Source: an uncultured Thermoplasmata archaeon (lineage in GTDB: Archaea; Thermoplasmatota; Thermoplasmata; Halarchaeoplasmatales; Halarchaeoplasmataceae). From it: a DNA stretch of 64,000 nt. Within the stretch, counting starts at the first letter, position 1; each line of letters starts with the position of its first letter. Below the pieces are notes generated by a model, which was given only the letters and a program-made list of their open reading frames with translations, did no database searches and was not told where the DNA came from. Below are positions 8,800 through 19,352 of the stretch, piece by piece. Made by a program: the position numbers and the translations under genes. Where the stretch lies: positions 123,116 through 187,115 of the forward strand of contig CAYWJQ010000003.1 in NCBI GenBank assembly GCA_964458595.1, read 5' to 3'.

Positions 8800-9134
8800 G
8801 GAGAACGGAAAGTTGAAATCATCTATCCAGTGTCTGAAAACCCTTTAGACTTTATATCTATTTGAAAAACTATCGATTTTTCTAACAACCAATATCCCGT
8901 GGTAAAGTATTTATATAGGTCAAACTTCGAATTGTATTAGGTACCTTCATGTCTAGTACAGTCACGATTTCGAGTATTCGAACCGAATTAAGTTTAAAGT
9001 ATTCTATTAACCGTTCCTCTTTTCGATGGTTCAGATGTTTGGGGTCGGAGGAAAATAATAACGATCTTGAAGGTATCTTAGCTTGACGATAAATATGAGA
9101 ACAGATAAAAATATGATTTAGGAAGGGATATAAG

Positions 9135-9467
9135 ATGACCGAAGAAGAAAAAAAGGAAGAAGATCCAGACCAGAAGTGCTGGCAGGTCGAAACAGGAAAT
9201 AAAGAAGGCCAAGTTTGCGTTATAACGGAAAGGTGCAAGGGCTGTGAATTCTGTATCGATTTCTGTCCGACTGGGGCTTTAGAACAATCCGATGATACCA
9301 CGGAGAAAGGTTATCATCCTCCGGAGATGGACGAAGGATGCGTACTTTGTGGTAAATGCGAGAAGATATGTCCGGAATTCGCGATATATCTCGGAGAAGA
9401 AGAGGAGGATAAAGATGAAGAAGACGAAAAAGAAGAAGAGAAAGAAGAAAGAGGTGAATGGATATGA
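9135..9467 (+). CDS. korD: 2-oxoacid:ferredoxin oxidoreductase delta subunit (2x[4Fe-4S])
   Basis: CKGCEFCIDFCP and CVLCGKCEKICP; first gene of the OFOR operon. Confidence 0.88.
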   Translation: MTEEEKKEEDPDQKCWQVETGNKEGQVCVITERCKGCEFCIDFCPTGALEQSDDTTEKGYHPPEMDEGCVLCGKCEKICPEFAIYLGEEEEDKDEEDEKEEEKEERGEWI

Positions 9468-10642
9468 TGGAACCGGGTACATATTTCATGGAGGGTAATA
9501 CCGCTTGTGCAGAAGGAGCTATAGCCGCCGGATGTACGTTCTTCGGCGGTTATCCGATCACGCCGGCTTCAGAGATCTTAGAGAGAATAGCTGAAAGATT
9601 TCCCGAGATACATGGGAGTTACATACAAATGGAAGATGAGCTGGGAAGTATAGCCTCGGTTTTGGGGGCCGCGTGGGCTGGAAGAAAGGCCATGACCGCA
9701 ACATCGGGACCGGGTTTCAGCTTGATGATGGAGAATTACGGATTGGGCCTGATGACCGAGACACCATGCGTGATCGTAGACGTGATGAGAGGCGGCCCCT
9801 CGACAGGTTTACCGACCATGGTCGCTCAAGGAGACGTCAACCAGGCTAGATGGGGTACGCATGGAGACGTGGGAGTTGTCGCGTATGCGCCTTCTTCGCC
9901 TCAGGAGTTATTTGATTATACGATAAAGGCCTTCAATACGGCTGAAAAGTATCGTCTTCCAGTGGTGGTTCTTTCCGACGAGATGGTATCTCACATGACG
10001 GAAAAAGTCGAGGTCCCGCCGAAGGAAGAGATCGATCTGGTAGATAGGAAGAAACCTGAGGAACCGCCAGAAGAGTTCCTGCCTTATCGCCCGGACGAAG
10101 ATGATCTCGTCCCTCCGATGGCCGACGCGGGAGATGGGTATTCCATCCACGTGACCGGTCTTACACACGACGAAGAGGGACATCCTTCTGTCGATGAAGA
10201 AACGCAGAACATGTTGGTACCTAGGTTGATCGATAAGATCAGGAAGAACGCCGATGATATATTAGAATATGAAGAATACAAGGTCGAAGACGCCGACAAA
10301 GTTATCATAGCGTACGGAAGCGTTTATCGAGCCGCCGTCGAAGCGGTAGATAAAGCAAGAGAGAAAGGTTACGACGTGGGTCTTCTCAGACCCAAGACTA
10401 TATGGCCCTTCCCCGAAGAGAGGATATATGATCTGGCCAGAGAAGGGGTCGACGATTTCCTCGTAGCCGAGATAAACTTCGGTCAGATCGCATATGAAGT
10501 CGAAAGATGCACAGGCGGTGCCGCTCAAACTTATCTGACCCCTAGGATGGGTGGTAATATACACACTCCTGAAGAGATCTTCGATAGGATAGAAGCGATC
10601 GACGAAGAAGAAATCCCGTCTTTCAAGGAGGGTAAAAGATGA
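9458..10642 (+). CDS. korA: 2-oxoacid:ferredoxin oxidoreductase alpha subunit
   Basis: GNTACAEGA, GYPITPASE, QMEDE, TATSGPGFSLM and RGGPSTGLPT motifs. Confidence 0.95.
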   Translation: MDMMEPGTYFMEGNTACAEGAIAAGCTFFGGYPITPASEILERIAERFPEIHGSYIQMEDELGSIASVLGAAWAGRKAMTATSGPGFSLMMENYGLGLMTETPCVIVDVMRGGPSTGLPTMVAQGDVNQARWGTHGDVGVVAYAPSSPQELFDYTIKAFNTAEKYRLPVVVLSDEMVSHMTEKVEVPPKEEIDLVDRKKPEEPPEEFLPYRPDEDDLVPPMADAGDGYSIHVTGLTHDEEGHPSVDEETQNMLVPRLIDKIRKNADDILEYEEYKVEDADKVIIAYGSVYRAAVEAVDKAREKGYDVGLLRPKTIWPFPEERIYDLAREGVDDFLVAEINFGQIAYEVERCTGGAAQTYLTPRMGGNIHTPEEIFDRIEAIDEEEIPSFKEGKR

Positions 10643-11553
10643 GTATAAGAAGAAGCAGAGATTGGTTTTCACCGGATTACCAGGAACAGGAAACAGAAGA
10701 AGGTGTTGGTCACGGACTTCATCCTTTAGATGACTACTTGAGGAAGGACAGGATACCTCATATATGGTGTCCCGGATGTGGTCTAGGAACTATCTTGAAT
10801 TCATATCTTAGAGCTCTCAAGGATTCGGATATCGCTCCCGAAGAAACTGCCATGATTTCTGGAATAGGATGCAGCGGTAGAGCTGCCGGTTATGTCGACG
10901 TAGATTCATTCCACGTCACCCACGGTCGAGCTATACCCTTCGCTACCGGATTGAAGATAGGTAACCGCGATCTTAAAACCACGGTTTTCAGCGGTGACGG
11001 CGATCTTTTCGCAATTGGCGGCAACCATTTCATACACGCGGCTAGACGTAACGTCGATTTCAACGTCATCTGTGTGAACAACTTCAACTACGGGATGACA
11101 GGCGGACAGGCCGGACCTACTACACCGACAGACGCGGAAACTTCCTCGACACCATGGGGTGGTTTTGAACATCCATTCAATCTGCCCGCTGTCGCGGCCG
11201 GGGCAGGAGCCGTTTACGTGGCTAGATGGACCACATTCCATGTTGAAAAGATAATCGAATCATTCGAGGAGATGCTGGAAAAAGACGGATTCTGCTTCAT
11301 CGAGATCTTATCTCCGTGTCCCACTGGATACGGTCGGAAAGTGGGACTGAAAACGGGCAAAGAAACCATGAAGCATTTCAAGGAGAACAGCGAGATCAAG
11401 CCCGATGCGGACCCAAGCGAAGTAGCTTTAGATCCTGAAGATCCTGAATCGAACATAATCGTCGGAAAATTTGTGGATAGGGAAGCTCCTACATATCAGG
11501 ACGAGCGTGGAGAAGTCTTTGAAGACGCTAGAGAAGAACTGGGGGTGGAATGA
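10639..11553 (+). CDS. korB: 2-oxoacid:ferredoxin oxidoreductase beta subunit (TPP-binding)
   Basis: WCPGCG, SGIGCS, HGRA, GDGD...NN, GMTGGQ and SPCPT motifs. Confidence 0.95.
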   Translation: MSIRRSRDWFSPDYQEQETEEGVGHGLHPLDDYLRKDRIPHIWCPGCGLGTILNSYLRALKDSDIAPEETAMISGIGCSGRAAGYVDVDSFHVTHGRAIPFATGLKIGNRDLKTTVFSGDGDLFAIGGNHFIHAARRNVDFNVICVNNFNYGMTGGQAGPTTPTDAETSSTPWGGFEHPFNLPAVAAGAGAVYVARWTTFHVEKIIESFEEMLEKDGFCFIEILSPCPTGYGRKVGLKTGKETMKHFKENSEIKPDADPSEVALDPEDPESNIIVGKFVDREAPTYQDERGEVFEDAREELGVE

Positions 11554-12059
11554 TGAGGAAAGAGATCCGATTTTCTGGATTCGGCGGTCAGGGAGTAATA
11601 TTGATGGGCCATATTTTTGGTGAAGCGGCGGTGCTCGACGATAAAGACGTGACTTTGACGAAAAGCTACGGGCCAGAAGCGAGAGGAGGAGCCTGCAGCA
11701 CGGACGTAATCATAAGCGACGAGAGAGTACACTATCCGCAGGTCAGAGATCCCGATTATCTGATATCGATGTCTCAGACCGCATTGGATACCTATCTGCC
11801 TGGACTCGGAGAGAACGGCGAATTGATAGTGGATACCGGTCTTGTGGAATCGCCTAGGGAAGACACCTTGGGACTACCAGCGACTCGGATCGCCGAGGAA
11901 GAACTCGGATTGAAGATGGTCGCCAACATAGTGATGCTCGGTTACTTCACGTCCGAATCGGGTCTGGTTACTGAGGAGTCTATGAAAGAAGCAATAAAGA
12001 AACAGGTGCCGGAAGGTACGGAAGAGAAAAATATCGAAGCCTTTGAGACGTCTATTTGA
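11550..12059 (+). CDS. korC: 2-oxoacid:ferredoxin oxidoreductase gamma subunit
   Basis: GFGGQG, SYGPEARGG and ANIVMLG motifs. Confidence 0.93.
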   Translation: MMRKEIRFSGFGGQGVILMGHIFGEAAVLDDKDVTLTKSYGPEARGGACSTDVIISDERVHYPQVRDPDYLISMSQTALDTYLPGLGENGELIVDTGLVESPREDTLGLPATRIAEEELGLKMVANIVMLGYFTSESGLVTEESMKEAIKKQVPEGTEEKNIEAFETSI

Positions 12060-12696
12060 AGACTTCATCAGTTTCCTTGTACCAGAGAACTAGATCGAGG
12101 TGACCTAAAGGTATACCCACCTCTTCGGAAAATCCTTTCATTTTTTCTTCTATCCTTAAATATCTCTTTTTGGTCAGAGTACTTGGCTCTTCATCTATGA
12201 CTTCTAACTCTACAAGATTTTTGATTATGTGTCTATCCAATATCGCCAGGTCGTGACCTTTCCCTATATTTCTTAGAAAGTGGCTGGCTTCTTTGTATCC
12301 CAGCCCTTTTACGTTATCAACGATCCATTTTCTAGCTTCCTTCTGATCGTCGAATCCCGAGAGTTTTTCTTTTATCGACACGTCGTTATCGATAAACTTT
12401 TCTCTAGCTTTGGTCAGATAATTTGCTTTATTGTTTCTGAACCTGACCCGATTTATCTCGTTGGATATCTTTTCTTCATCTCCTTCTAAAAGCAGGTCGT
12501 TCTCCTTCAGATTTTGAACCGTGTCCCAGCAAACTTTCGCCTTGGATTGAGGTGTAAAAAGGCAGAAAACCATCTCGTCGAAAACTCTTTTGTCCCCCTC
12601 TTCCCAGACCCCCTCGAATTCCTCTATCCTAGATTCTATAACTGGTTTGATCTCTTCATAGATCTCTCTGATATCTTCTATCTCTGTCTCGTTCAT
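12052..12696 (-). CDS. ogg: 8-oxoguanine DNA glycosylase/AP lyase (OGG2 type)
   Basis: FCLFTPQ, RFRNNKA, HhH VKGLGYKEASHFLRNIG, AILDRH, LDLVLWY and C-terminal K. Confidence 0.93.
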   Translation of the reverse strand: MNETEIEDIREIYEEIKPVIESRIEEFEGVWEEGDKRVFDEMVFCLFTPQSKAKVCWDTVQNLKENDLLLEGDEEKISNEINRVRFRNNKANYLTKAREKFIDNDVSIKEKLSGFDDQKEARKWIVDNVKGLGYKEASHFLRNIGKGHDLAILDRHIIKNLVELEVIDEEPSTLTKKRYLRIEEKMKGFSEEVGIPLGHLDLVLWYKETDEVFK

Positions 12697-12748
12697 CTCA
12701 TCTTTCTAGCATTCAACCGGTAAATCAATCTTGTTATCGTTTTATATT

Positions 12749-14584
12749 TTATTCTATCTCTTCTAATTTTGTCTTCCCATACTCTTCAACGAAAGCTTCT
12801 ATAGAATACAGCAACATCGTGTGTTGGGCGGGAGCTCCTTTAACGTTTCCTCCAAATGATTTGATCAGATTCTGAGCTTTCGCTTCGAATAGCTCCTCGT
12901 CAGTCATCTTTGAAAGTTGGACGAGATCCAATAAGGCGACAGAATTGCCCGACGGATAACTGCCGTCATAGATTTCTTTTTTGGTCAAAGGCAGTTCGTT
13001 TGTAGAACTGAAATAGAATCCTCCGTTCTCTTCATCCCAAAATATTTCGATCATCTTTTTCGCTAGTTCTTTGGCTTTTTCGAGGTAAGTTCCTTTCCCG
13101 CTAGTCTTGTACATCTCTAACAGTGCCCAGATGTAAAAAGCGTAATCGTCCAACATTCCGTCGATGCCGACTTCACCGTCTATATACCTGTGATAAAGAC
13201 TTTCACCCTTTTCCAGTTCGGATGAGATGAATTCTAAACCTTTTTCAGCTTCTTTTCTGATCGATTTATCATCGAATATCCTAGAGGCTGTAGCTAAGGC
13301 GGTTATCATCAGGCCGTTCCAATCGGTCAATATCTTCTTGTCTTTACCGGGAGTTTCCCTTTCTTTTCTAGCCTCGAAGAGAGATCTCCTCATCTTCTCT
13401 ATTTTTTCTTTCAATTCTTCTTCATCCAATCCTTTTTCCTCTGCGATATATTCTATCCCTTCATTCAAATAAAGGACGTTTTTACCTGTTTTTTCACCCG
13501 TAGATTCTTCTCGATAATTCCCTTCTGATTTTACGTTATAAAGTTCCTTGAACATTTCTGGTTCATTCAGGATCTCATCTATCTCCTCTTCGGACCATAT
13601 GTAATAACCTCCTTCGACTTCTCCTGTATCGGCGTCTTGGGAGGAATAAAAACCGCCGTTTTTACTTTTTAAATCTCTCAACACGTATTCTATGGTCTCT
13701 TCCGCGGTCCTTTTGAATCTATCTTCCTCTCTCACTTCATAGGTCATCGAATAAGCCATCACCATCATTGCCTGGTCGTACAGCATCTTTTCGAAATGCG
13801 GTAATTTCCACTGCGGATCGGTCGAGTACCTGTGGAAGCCGTATCCGATATGATCGTATATGCCTCCTAATCTCATAGCATCGAGCGTCTTCTCGACCAT
13901 ATCTAGTGCTTTTTCTTCATTAGTTCTTTCCCAGTACTTCAAAAGAAATAACAATTCATGTGGGGAAGGGAACTTTGGTGAGCTGCCGAAACCGTGATGT
14001 TCGTCGTCGAAAGTCCTTTTCAGGGTCTCGTAACCTTCATCCAAAACAGAGACATCTATACTATCGCTGAATTCACCCTTTCTCCCCCTGAGCGACGAGA
14101 TTATTTTTTCACTTGGCGATAATAATTTTTCTCTATTGTTATTCCATAGATGATCGATACTTTTCGTGAGTTTTATCATTCCAGTTTGATCACCTCTACT
14201 CCGCTTCGGTATATAGGTAGCGGCGTAGAAAGGCTTTTTGTCCGGGGTCATCACTATATTTAAAGGCCATCCACCCGCACCGGTCATAGCTTTAGCTACC
14301 TCCATATACACGTTGTTCACATCGGGTCTTTCTTCCTTATCCACCTTTATAGATACGAAAGATTCGTTCATCAACTCAGCAACTTTTTCGTCCTCAAAAG
14401 ATTCGTGGGCCATGACGTGGCACCAGTGGCATGAAGAATAGCCGATGGAAAGAAATATAGGTTTATCCTCTTTTTCCGCTTTATCAAAAGCTTCCTGACA
14501 CCACGGATACCAGTCAACAGGATTTTCCGCATGCTGTTTAAGATATCTACTCTTCTCCCCCGCTAGATGATTCTTCTCTCCCAT
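12749..14584 (-). CDS. Thioredoxin-domain YyaL/SSP411 family protein
   Basis: [53 protein letters not shown] and [10 protein letters not shown] motifs. Confidence 0.93.
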   Translation of the reverse strand: MGEKNHLAGEKSRYLKQHAENPVDWYPWCQEAFDKAEKEDKPIFLSIGYSSCHWCHVMAHESFEDEKVAELMNESFVSIKVDKEERPDVNNVYMEVAKAMTGAGGWPLNIVMTPDKKPFYAATYIPKRSRGDQTGMIKLTKSIDHLWNNNREKLLSPSEKIISSLRGRKGEFSDSIDVSVLDEGYETLKRTFDDEHHGFGSSPKFPSPHELLFLLKYWERTNEEKALDMVEKTLDAMRLGGIYDHIGYGFHRYSTDPQWKLPHFEKMLYDQAMMVMAYSMTYEVREEDRFKRTAEETIEYVLRDLKSKNGGFYSSQDADTGEVEGGYYIWSEEEIDEILNEPEMFKELYNVKSEGNYREESTGEKTGKNVLYLNEGIEYIAEEKGLDEEELKEKIEKMRRSLFEARKERETPGKDKKILTDWNGLMITALATASRIFDDKSIRKEAEKGLEFISSELEKGESLYHRYIDGEVGIDGMLDDYAFYIWALLEMYKTSGKGTYLEKAKELAKKMIEIFWDEENGGFYFSSTNELPLTKKEIYDGSYPSGNSVALLDLVQLSKMTDEELFEAKAQNLIKSFGGNVKGAPAQHTMLLYSIEAFVEEYGKTKLEEIE

Positions 14585-14608
14585 AAAAAAGATAATGAGT
14601 TAATACTT

Positions 14609-15055
14609 TTATAGAATTTTCTCTACTTTCGCCGCGATATCTTCTAGTAGTTTTTCGTCCTCCTCCGAAAAGGCTTCCCTTTGGTGAGAATCTATGTCTA
14701 TCTCTCCCACGACCTCACCATTTTTGAAGATCGGCACCACGATCTCGGACTGAACTTTCACGCTGCATGAGAGGTAATTGTCTTCTTCGGAAACGTCCCC
14801 CACCACAAAGGTATCTTCCGATTCCGCCGCTTGTCCGCAAATTCCTTCGCCGAAATCGATGTTAGTATGTTCGGTCGATTCACCGACGAACGGTCCTAAG
14901 ACAAGTTCCCCATCTTCTACGAGATAGAAACCGACCCAGTCGTAACCGTCCATTTCGGTATGCAGCAAACGGCAGATATCTTTCAGTTTGGAGTCAGTAT
15001 CTCCATCTCTCTCTAATATTTCATCTACTCTTTCCAGTATTTCTTCCCTATCCAT
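14609..15055 (-). CDS. GAF-domain free methionine-R-sulfoxide reductase (fRMsr/MsrC-like)
   Basis: WVGFY, LVLGPF, GEGICGQAA, SC, SEIVVP and GEIDIDS motifs. Confidence 0.85.
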   Translation of the reverse strand: MDREEILERVDEILERDGDTDSKLKDICRLLHTEMDGYDWVGFYLVEDGELVLGPFVGESTEHTNIDFGEGICGQAAESEDTFVVGDVSEEDNYLSCSVKVQSEIVVPIFKNGEVVGEIDIDSHQREAFSEEDEKLLEDIAAKVEKIL

Positions 15056-15059
15056 ATTA

Positions 15060-15401
15060 TCACATCTCCTTTAGAGCCACCCATTTTTCCACTATCTCTC
15101 TCAGATGAGGTATTGTTATAGAACCTCCGACCACTAGTCCGACCGATAAAGCTTCCATCATCTCTTCATCGCTCACGCCTTCTTCGTCGCAGCGGATCAG
15201 ATGATATTCGATACAGTCGTCACAGCGCAGAACCATAGAGGCTATAAGGCCTAAAAGTTCCTTCGTCTTTTTGTCCAAAGCGCCATCTTCATACACTTGA
15301 GTATCTAGGTTGAAGAAACGCTTGATGTGGAGGTTCCCCTTCTCTAGTACAAGTTCGTTCAATCTTTCCCTTTTTTCCTCAAAACTTTCTTCTTCCGACA
15401 T
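15060..15401 (-). CDS. Carboxymuconolactone decarboxylase / AhpD-like protein
   Basis: GALDKKTKELLGL.AS.VLRCDDCIEYH (CxxC...H); likely start MSEEES at 15401. Confidence 0.9.
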   Translation of the reverse strand: MSEEESFEEKRERLNELVLEKGNLHIKRFFNLDTQVYEDGALDKKTKELLGLIASMVLRCDDCIEYHLIRCDEEGVSDEEMMEALSVGLVVGGSITIPHLREIVEKWVALKEM

Positions 15402-15488
15402 CGGATATGCAATGGTGAGTAGTTTTTTAACTTTATTGCACCATCTCACCGAAAAAGTTATATAAGGATATTAGAATAACGTAATATC

Positions 15489-15827
15489 ATGATAAATGAA
15501 AGTGAATCGGATGATGAGCGCATCCACAGGATGCACGCCGACCTCTGCAAGATGCTGTCCCACCCTACAAGGTTGAAGATACTGGAACAGTTGAAGGACG
15601 GAGAGAAAACAGTCAGCGAAGTCGTAGAGGCGCTCGGAGAAAGTCAATCGACGGTTTCCCAGCATCTAGGCGAACTGAAGAAAAGAGGTCTAGTGAGGGC
15701 GGAAAGAGACGGGTCGAATATGCTGTACAGCATAACTTATCCCGAGATAATGGACGCTTGTGAGATCATCCGAGATGTACTTTTCAAACAGCTCTCTGAA
15801 AATAACGACTTACTTAACGAGAGGTGA
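15489..15827 (+). CDS. ArsR/SmtB family transcriptional regulator
   Basis: LSHPTRLKIL, SQSTVSQHL..L...GLV..ERDG pattern. Confidence 0.92.
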   Translation: MINESESDDERIHRMHADLCKMLSHPTRLKILEQLKDGEKTVSEVVEALGESQSTVSQHLGELKKRGLVRAERDGSNMLYSITYPEIMDACEIIRDVLFKQLSENNDLLNER

Positions 15828-15829
15828 TT

Positions 15830-16249
15830 ATGATGGGAAAAAGCGCAGATGAAGATGTAGAAAAGATAAAGAAAGAAATGGTGGATGATATGATGAACGA
15901 AAGCAGCAGTACGGAAGAGTACCCCAGCGGGCCGATAGAGGTAAACGACGAAAACTTTCAGGAAACGTTAGAGAAGTATCCTTTAGTGTTAGTCGACTTC
16001 TGGGCCGCGTGGTGCGGACCATGCAAGATGATGGAGCCGGTGATGGAGGAATTGGCCGCGGAGTACGAAGGTGATGCGGTCGTTGCGAAGATGAACGTGG
16101 ATAACAATCAAAGGATACCGAGTCAATTTCAGGTTTCAAGCATACCGACTTTAGTTCTGTTCAAAAACGGTGAAAAAGTCGATCGGATGATGGGTGCTAG
16201 ACAGAAGGGACAATTGGCCCAGAAGCTGGAACAGCACATGGAGAACTAG
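15830..16249 (+). CDS. trxA: Thioredoxin
   Basis: VDFWAAWCGPCK and SIPTL motifs; directly follows arsR. Confidence 0.95.
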   Translation: MMGKSADEDVEKIKKEMVDDMMNESSSTEEYPSGPIEVNDENFQETLEKYPLVLVDFWAAWCGPCKMMEPVMEELAAEYEGDAVVAKMNVDNNQRIPSQFQVSSIPTLVLFKNGEKVDRMMGARQKGQLAQKLEQHMEN

Positions 16250-16429
16250 GAAGTCTCTATTCTCCCTTAAAAATTTTTCATTTATATTTTAACTAAACCT
16301 TTAATTTTTTCTATAATTGTAAATGTTGGTCGATAAGGCCGAAAGGAGTTAGAAACTAAACAATTTATATTTTCGACTTACCTCGTTCCGAAAATTTAAT
16401 AGTAATCTATCGGTTTGAACCTATCTATC

Positions 16430-19063
16430 ATGACACTCACTGGAGATTACGATTTCAAAGAAGCCGAGAGGAAATGGATGGAGAGATGGGAAGATATGGA
16501 TATCTACCATTACGATCCAGATTCCAACAAACCCGTCTTTTCCATCGACACTCCTCCTCCGACTATATCGGGAGAAATGCATATCGGTCACGCCTATTCT
16601 TATACTCAGATGGATATCGTAGCAAGGTACAAGAGGATGCGGGGCTACAATCTGTTCTATCCCTGGGGATGGGACGACAATGGGATAGCGACCGAATTAC
16701 TAGTTATAAATGAGACGGGTATCGACCCCAAAGAAGTCGGCAGAGAAAAATTTAGAGATATCTGTATAGAGGAGAGCGAAAAACTCGAAGAGGAACTGGA
16801 GCGGAAATGGAAGAGGATCGGCACTTCTGCGGATTTCGACCTTTTCTACCGGACCAGTGATGAGAGGACATTGAAGACTTCACAGAAATCGTTCCTCGAT
16901 CTTTACGAGATGGGTAGGGAATACAGGAAAGAAGCTCCTACTCTTTGGTGTCCACACTGTGAGACCGCGATATCACAGGTGGAAACGGAAGATATGAAAA
17001 AAGAAGGCAAGTTCAACAATATCCATTTCTCTGTAAAAGGTGAAGGAGAACTGGTCATCTCGACGACCAGACCAGAACTTCTGCCAGCCTGCGTCGCCAT
17101 CTTCGTTCATCCCGAAGACGAGGAACATAATCATCTAGCAGGAGAAACCGCGGAAGTACCTCTTTTCGGCCAAGAAGTACCTATCTATGAAGACGAAGAC
17201 GTGGATATGGAGACCGGCACCGGAGTAGTGATGTGCTGTACTTTCGGCGATCAGGCCGATATAGACTGGTGGTACGCTCACGATCTACCTCTCAGGATCG
17301 CTATAGATGAGACCGGGTACATGACCGATGTAGCGGAAAAATACGAGGGTATGCACGTCGACGAAGCGAAAGAAGAGATAATAGAAGATCTGAAAGAAGC
17401 TGACAAAATTAGCAAGCAGTGGGATATCACTCACGATGTAAATGTTCACGAGCGATGTGATACGCCGATAGAGTTCTTAGTTACCCAACAGTGGTTCATA
17501 GAATATTTAGACTTAACAGATAAATATCTAGAAGTTGGAGAGGAACTTGAATGGCATCCCGAACACATGAAGGTCAGATACGACAATTGGGTTGACTCTC
17601 TAAAGTGGGATTGGTGTATTTCCAGACAAAGATATCACGGCATACCTTTCCCGGTATGGTACTGCGAGGAGTGCGGAGAGGTTAAGCTCGCGGAGGAGGA
17701 AGACCTTCCCGTAAATCCACTCGAAGACGAACCCAAAGGTGAATGCGAGTCCTGCGGCTCTACAGAGTTCGAGCCTGAAGAGGACGTTTTAGATACTTGG
17801 GCTACTTCTTCGCTAACTCCGTACATAGCGACAAGGTGGATAGAAGATTCGGAGATGTTCGAGGATGTCTTCCCATTCGATCTCAGACCTCAGTCACATG
17901 ATATCATCAGTTTCTGGGCTTTCAACACTATCGTTAAGAGCCTGTTCCATTCCGATACAAAGCCCTGGGACGACATAATGATCCACGGATACCTTATGCT
18001 TCCGGGTGGTAAGAGCTTTTCTTCTTCGAAAGGCATCATAATCGATCCTGAAGAGGTCGCCGATGAACACGGTGCGGATTCGATCAGATATCTGGCAGGA
18101 GTACACAAACCCGGTGAAGACGCCGAATACGAAGAGAAATGGCTGAAAAGAGGTCAAAGGATCAGAACTAAATTCTGGAACGTTCAAAAGCTCATCTCTA
18201 ACTCTTTTGACCAAAAGCCGGAGAAAAAACCCTCACTCGAACTGATAGACAAGTGGCTTTTGACCAAGTACAGCGAGCTCGTCGAATCCGCTACAAATTA
18301 CATGGAAGATTACAGATACGATAAGGCATTAGAAGAAACCGAGTACTTCCTGTGGCACGTCCTAGCGGACCATTATCTCGAGATGGTCAAGTACAGGATA
18401 TACGAGCAGGAGGACGAAGCCGCTGAATACGTTCTTTATCAGGTCGGTCTCGGGATCACTAAACTTCTCGCGCCGGTACTTTCCTTCATCACGGAAGAGG
18501 TGTATGATCAAGTTTACAAAGAGTACCAAGACGAAAAAAGTATTCACGTTGAATCATGGCCGGGACCTATCTTAAAGGAGGAATATGCTGCAGAGACCGG
18601 CGAGATAGTGAAAGATATCATAGCCGAGATAAGGAACTGGAAGTCCGATCAAGGTATCCCTCTCAATGATGAAATAGGTTCTATTAGGCTAGTCACGGAT
18701 AACGAAGACGTGCTGGAGTGTGAGGAGGACATCTTGAACACATTGAAAGCCTCCGATATACAGATCTTGGATGAAGAAGAGATAAAGGAAGAAGCTGTTG
18801 ATATAAAGCCGGACCATTCCAAGATAGGACCTAAATATAAAGATAAAGCTAACGAGGTATTCCAGAGATTGGAAGAAGCGGATCCTGAAAGAGTACATTC
18901 TTCCTTTGAAGAAAACGGGCACTACAAATTCGAATTATCTGATGGGAACGAAGTGACCCTCAGCGAAGACGAGGTCCAATTGAGAAAGTCGAAAGTCCAC
19001 GAAGGAGAAAAGCTCGATTCGCTCTCTATTGATGACATGGTGATACTGCTGGAGAAACGGTAG
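16430..19063 (+). CDS. valS: Valyl-tRNA synthetase (archaeal type)
   Basis: DTPPP, HIGH, TTRPELL, WDWCISRQR and DVLDTW motifs; KMSKS position reads KSFSSSKG. Confidence 0.96.
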   Translation: MTLTGDYDFKEAERKWMERWEDMDIYHYDPDSNKPVFSIDTPPPTISGEMHIGHAYSYTQMDIVARYKRMRGYNLFYPWGWDDNGIATELLVINETGIDPKEVGREKFRDICIEESEKLEEELERKWKRIGTSADFDLFYRTSDERTLKTSQKSFLDLYEMGREYRKEAPTLWCPHCETAISQVETEDMKKEGKFNNIHFSVKGEGELVISTTRPELLPACVAIFVHPEDEEHNHLAGETAEVPLFGQEVPIYEDEDVDMETGTGVVMCCTFGDQADIDWWYAHDLPLRIAIDETGYMTDVAEKYEGMHVDEAKEEIIEDLKEADKISKQWDITHDVNVHERCDTPIEFLVTQQWFIEYLDLTDKYLEVGEELEWHPEHMKVRYDNWVDSLKWDWCISRQRYHGIPFPVWYCEECGEVKLAEEEDLPVNPLEDEPKGECESCGSTEFEPEEDVLDTWATSSLTPYIATRWIEDSEMFEDVFPFDLRPQSHDIISFWAFNTIVKSLFHSDTKPWDDIMIHGYLMLPGGKSFSSSKGIIIDPEEVADEHGADSIRYLAGVHKPGEDAEYEEKWLKRGQRIRTKFWNVQKLISNSFDQKPEKKPSLELIDKWLLTKYSELVESATNYMEDYRYDKALEETEYFLWHVLADHYLEMVKYRIYEQEDEAAEYVLYQVGLGITKLLAPVLSFITEEVYDQVYKEYQDEKSIHVESWPGPILKEEYAAETGEIVKDIIAEIRNWKSDQGIPLNDEIGSIRLVTDNEDVLECEEDILNTLKASDIQILDEEEIKEEAVDIKPDHSKIGPKYKDKANEVFQRLEEADPERVHSSFEENGHYKFELSDGNEVTLSEDEVQLRKSKVHEGEKLDSLSIDDMVILLEKR

Positions 19064-19064
19064 A

Positions 19065-19238
19065 TCAGGAATAATAGTCCGTGTAAGAAACGTCTTTTTC
19101 CCGTTCTTTTTCTTTGCTACCCCTACACTCTGAGCAGACACCTCTATGCATATGTTCATCACAGACTAAGGAGCCGCATATACTGCAGCTTTGGTTCGCT
19201 TTTTTACCACATATATGGCATCCTCCTATCTCTTTCAA
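19065..19238 (-). CDS. Small Cys-rich zinc-finger protein
   Basis: CHICG...CSICG..VC..H...VCSEC; likely TTG start at 19238 after a GGAGGTGG RBS. Confidence 0.75.
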   Translation of the reverse strand: MKEIGGCHICGKKANQSCSICGSLVCDEHMHRGVCSECRGSKEKEREKDVSYTDYYS

Positions 19239-19352
19239 GTACTTTCCACCTCCATCGTTAAATAATACATAATCGATGGTTTTAAATCTGCTCCCTGCAA
19301 CCGAAAAACATATGGTACAGCAGTATTTAGAACTCAATGCAGGATGATATAA

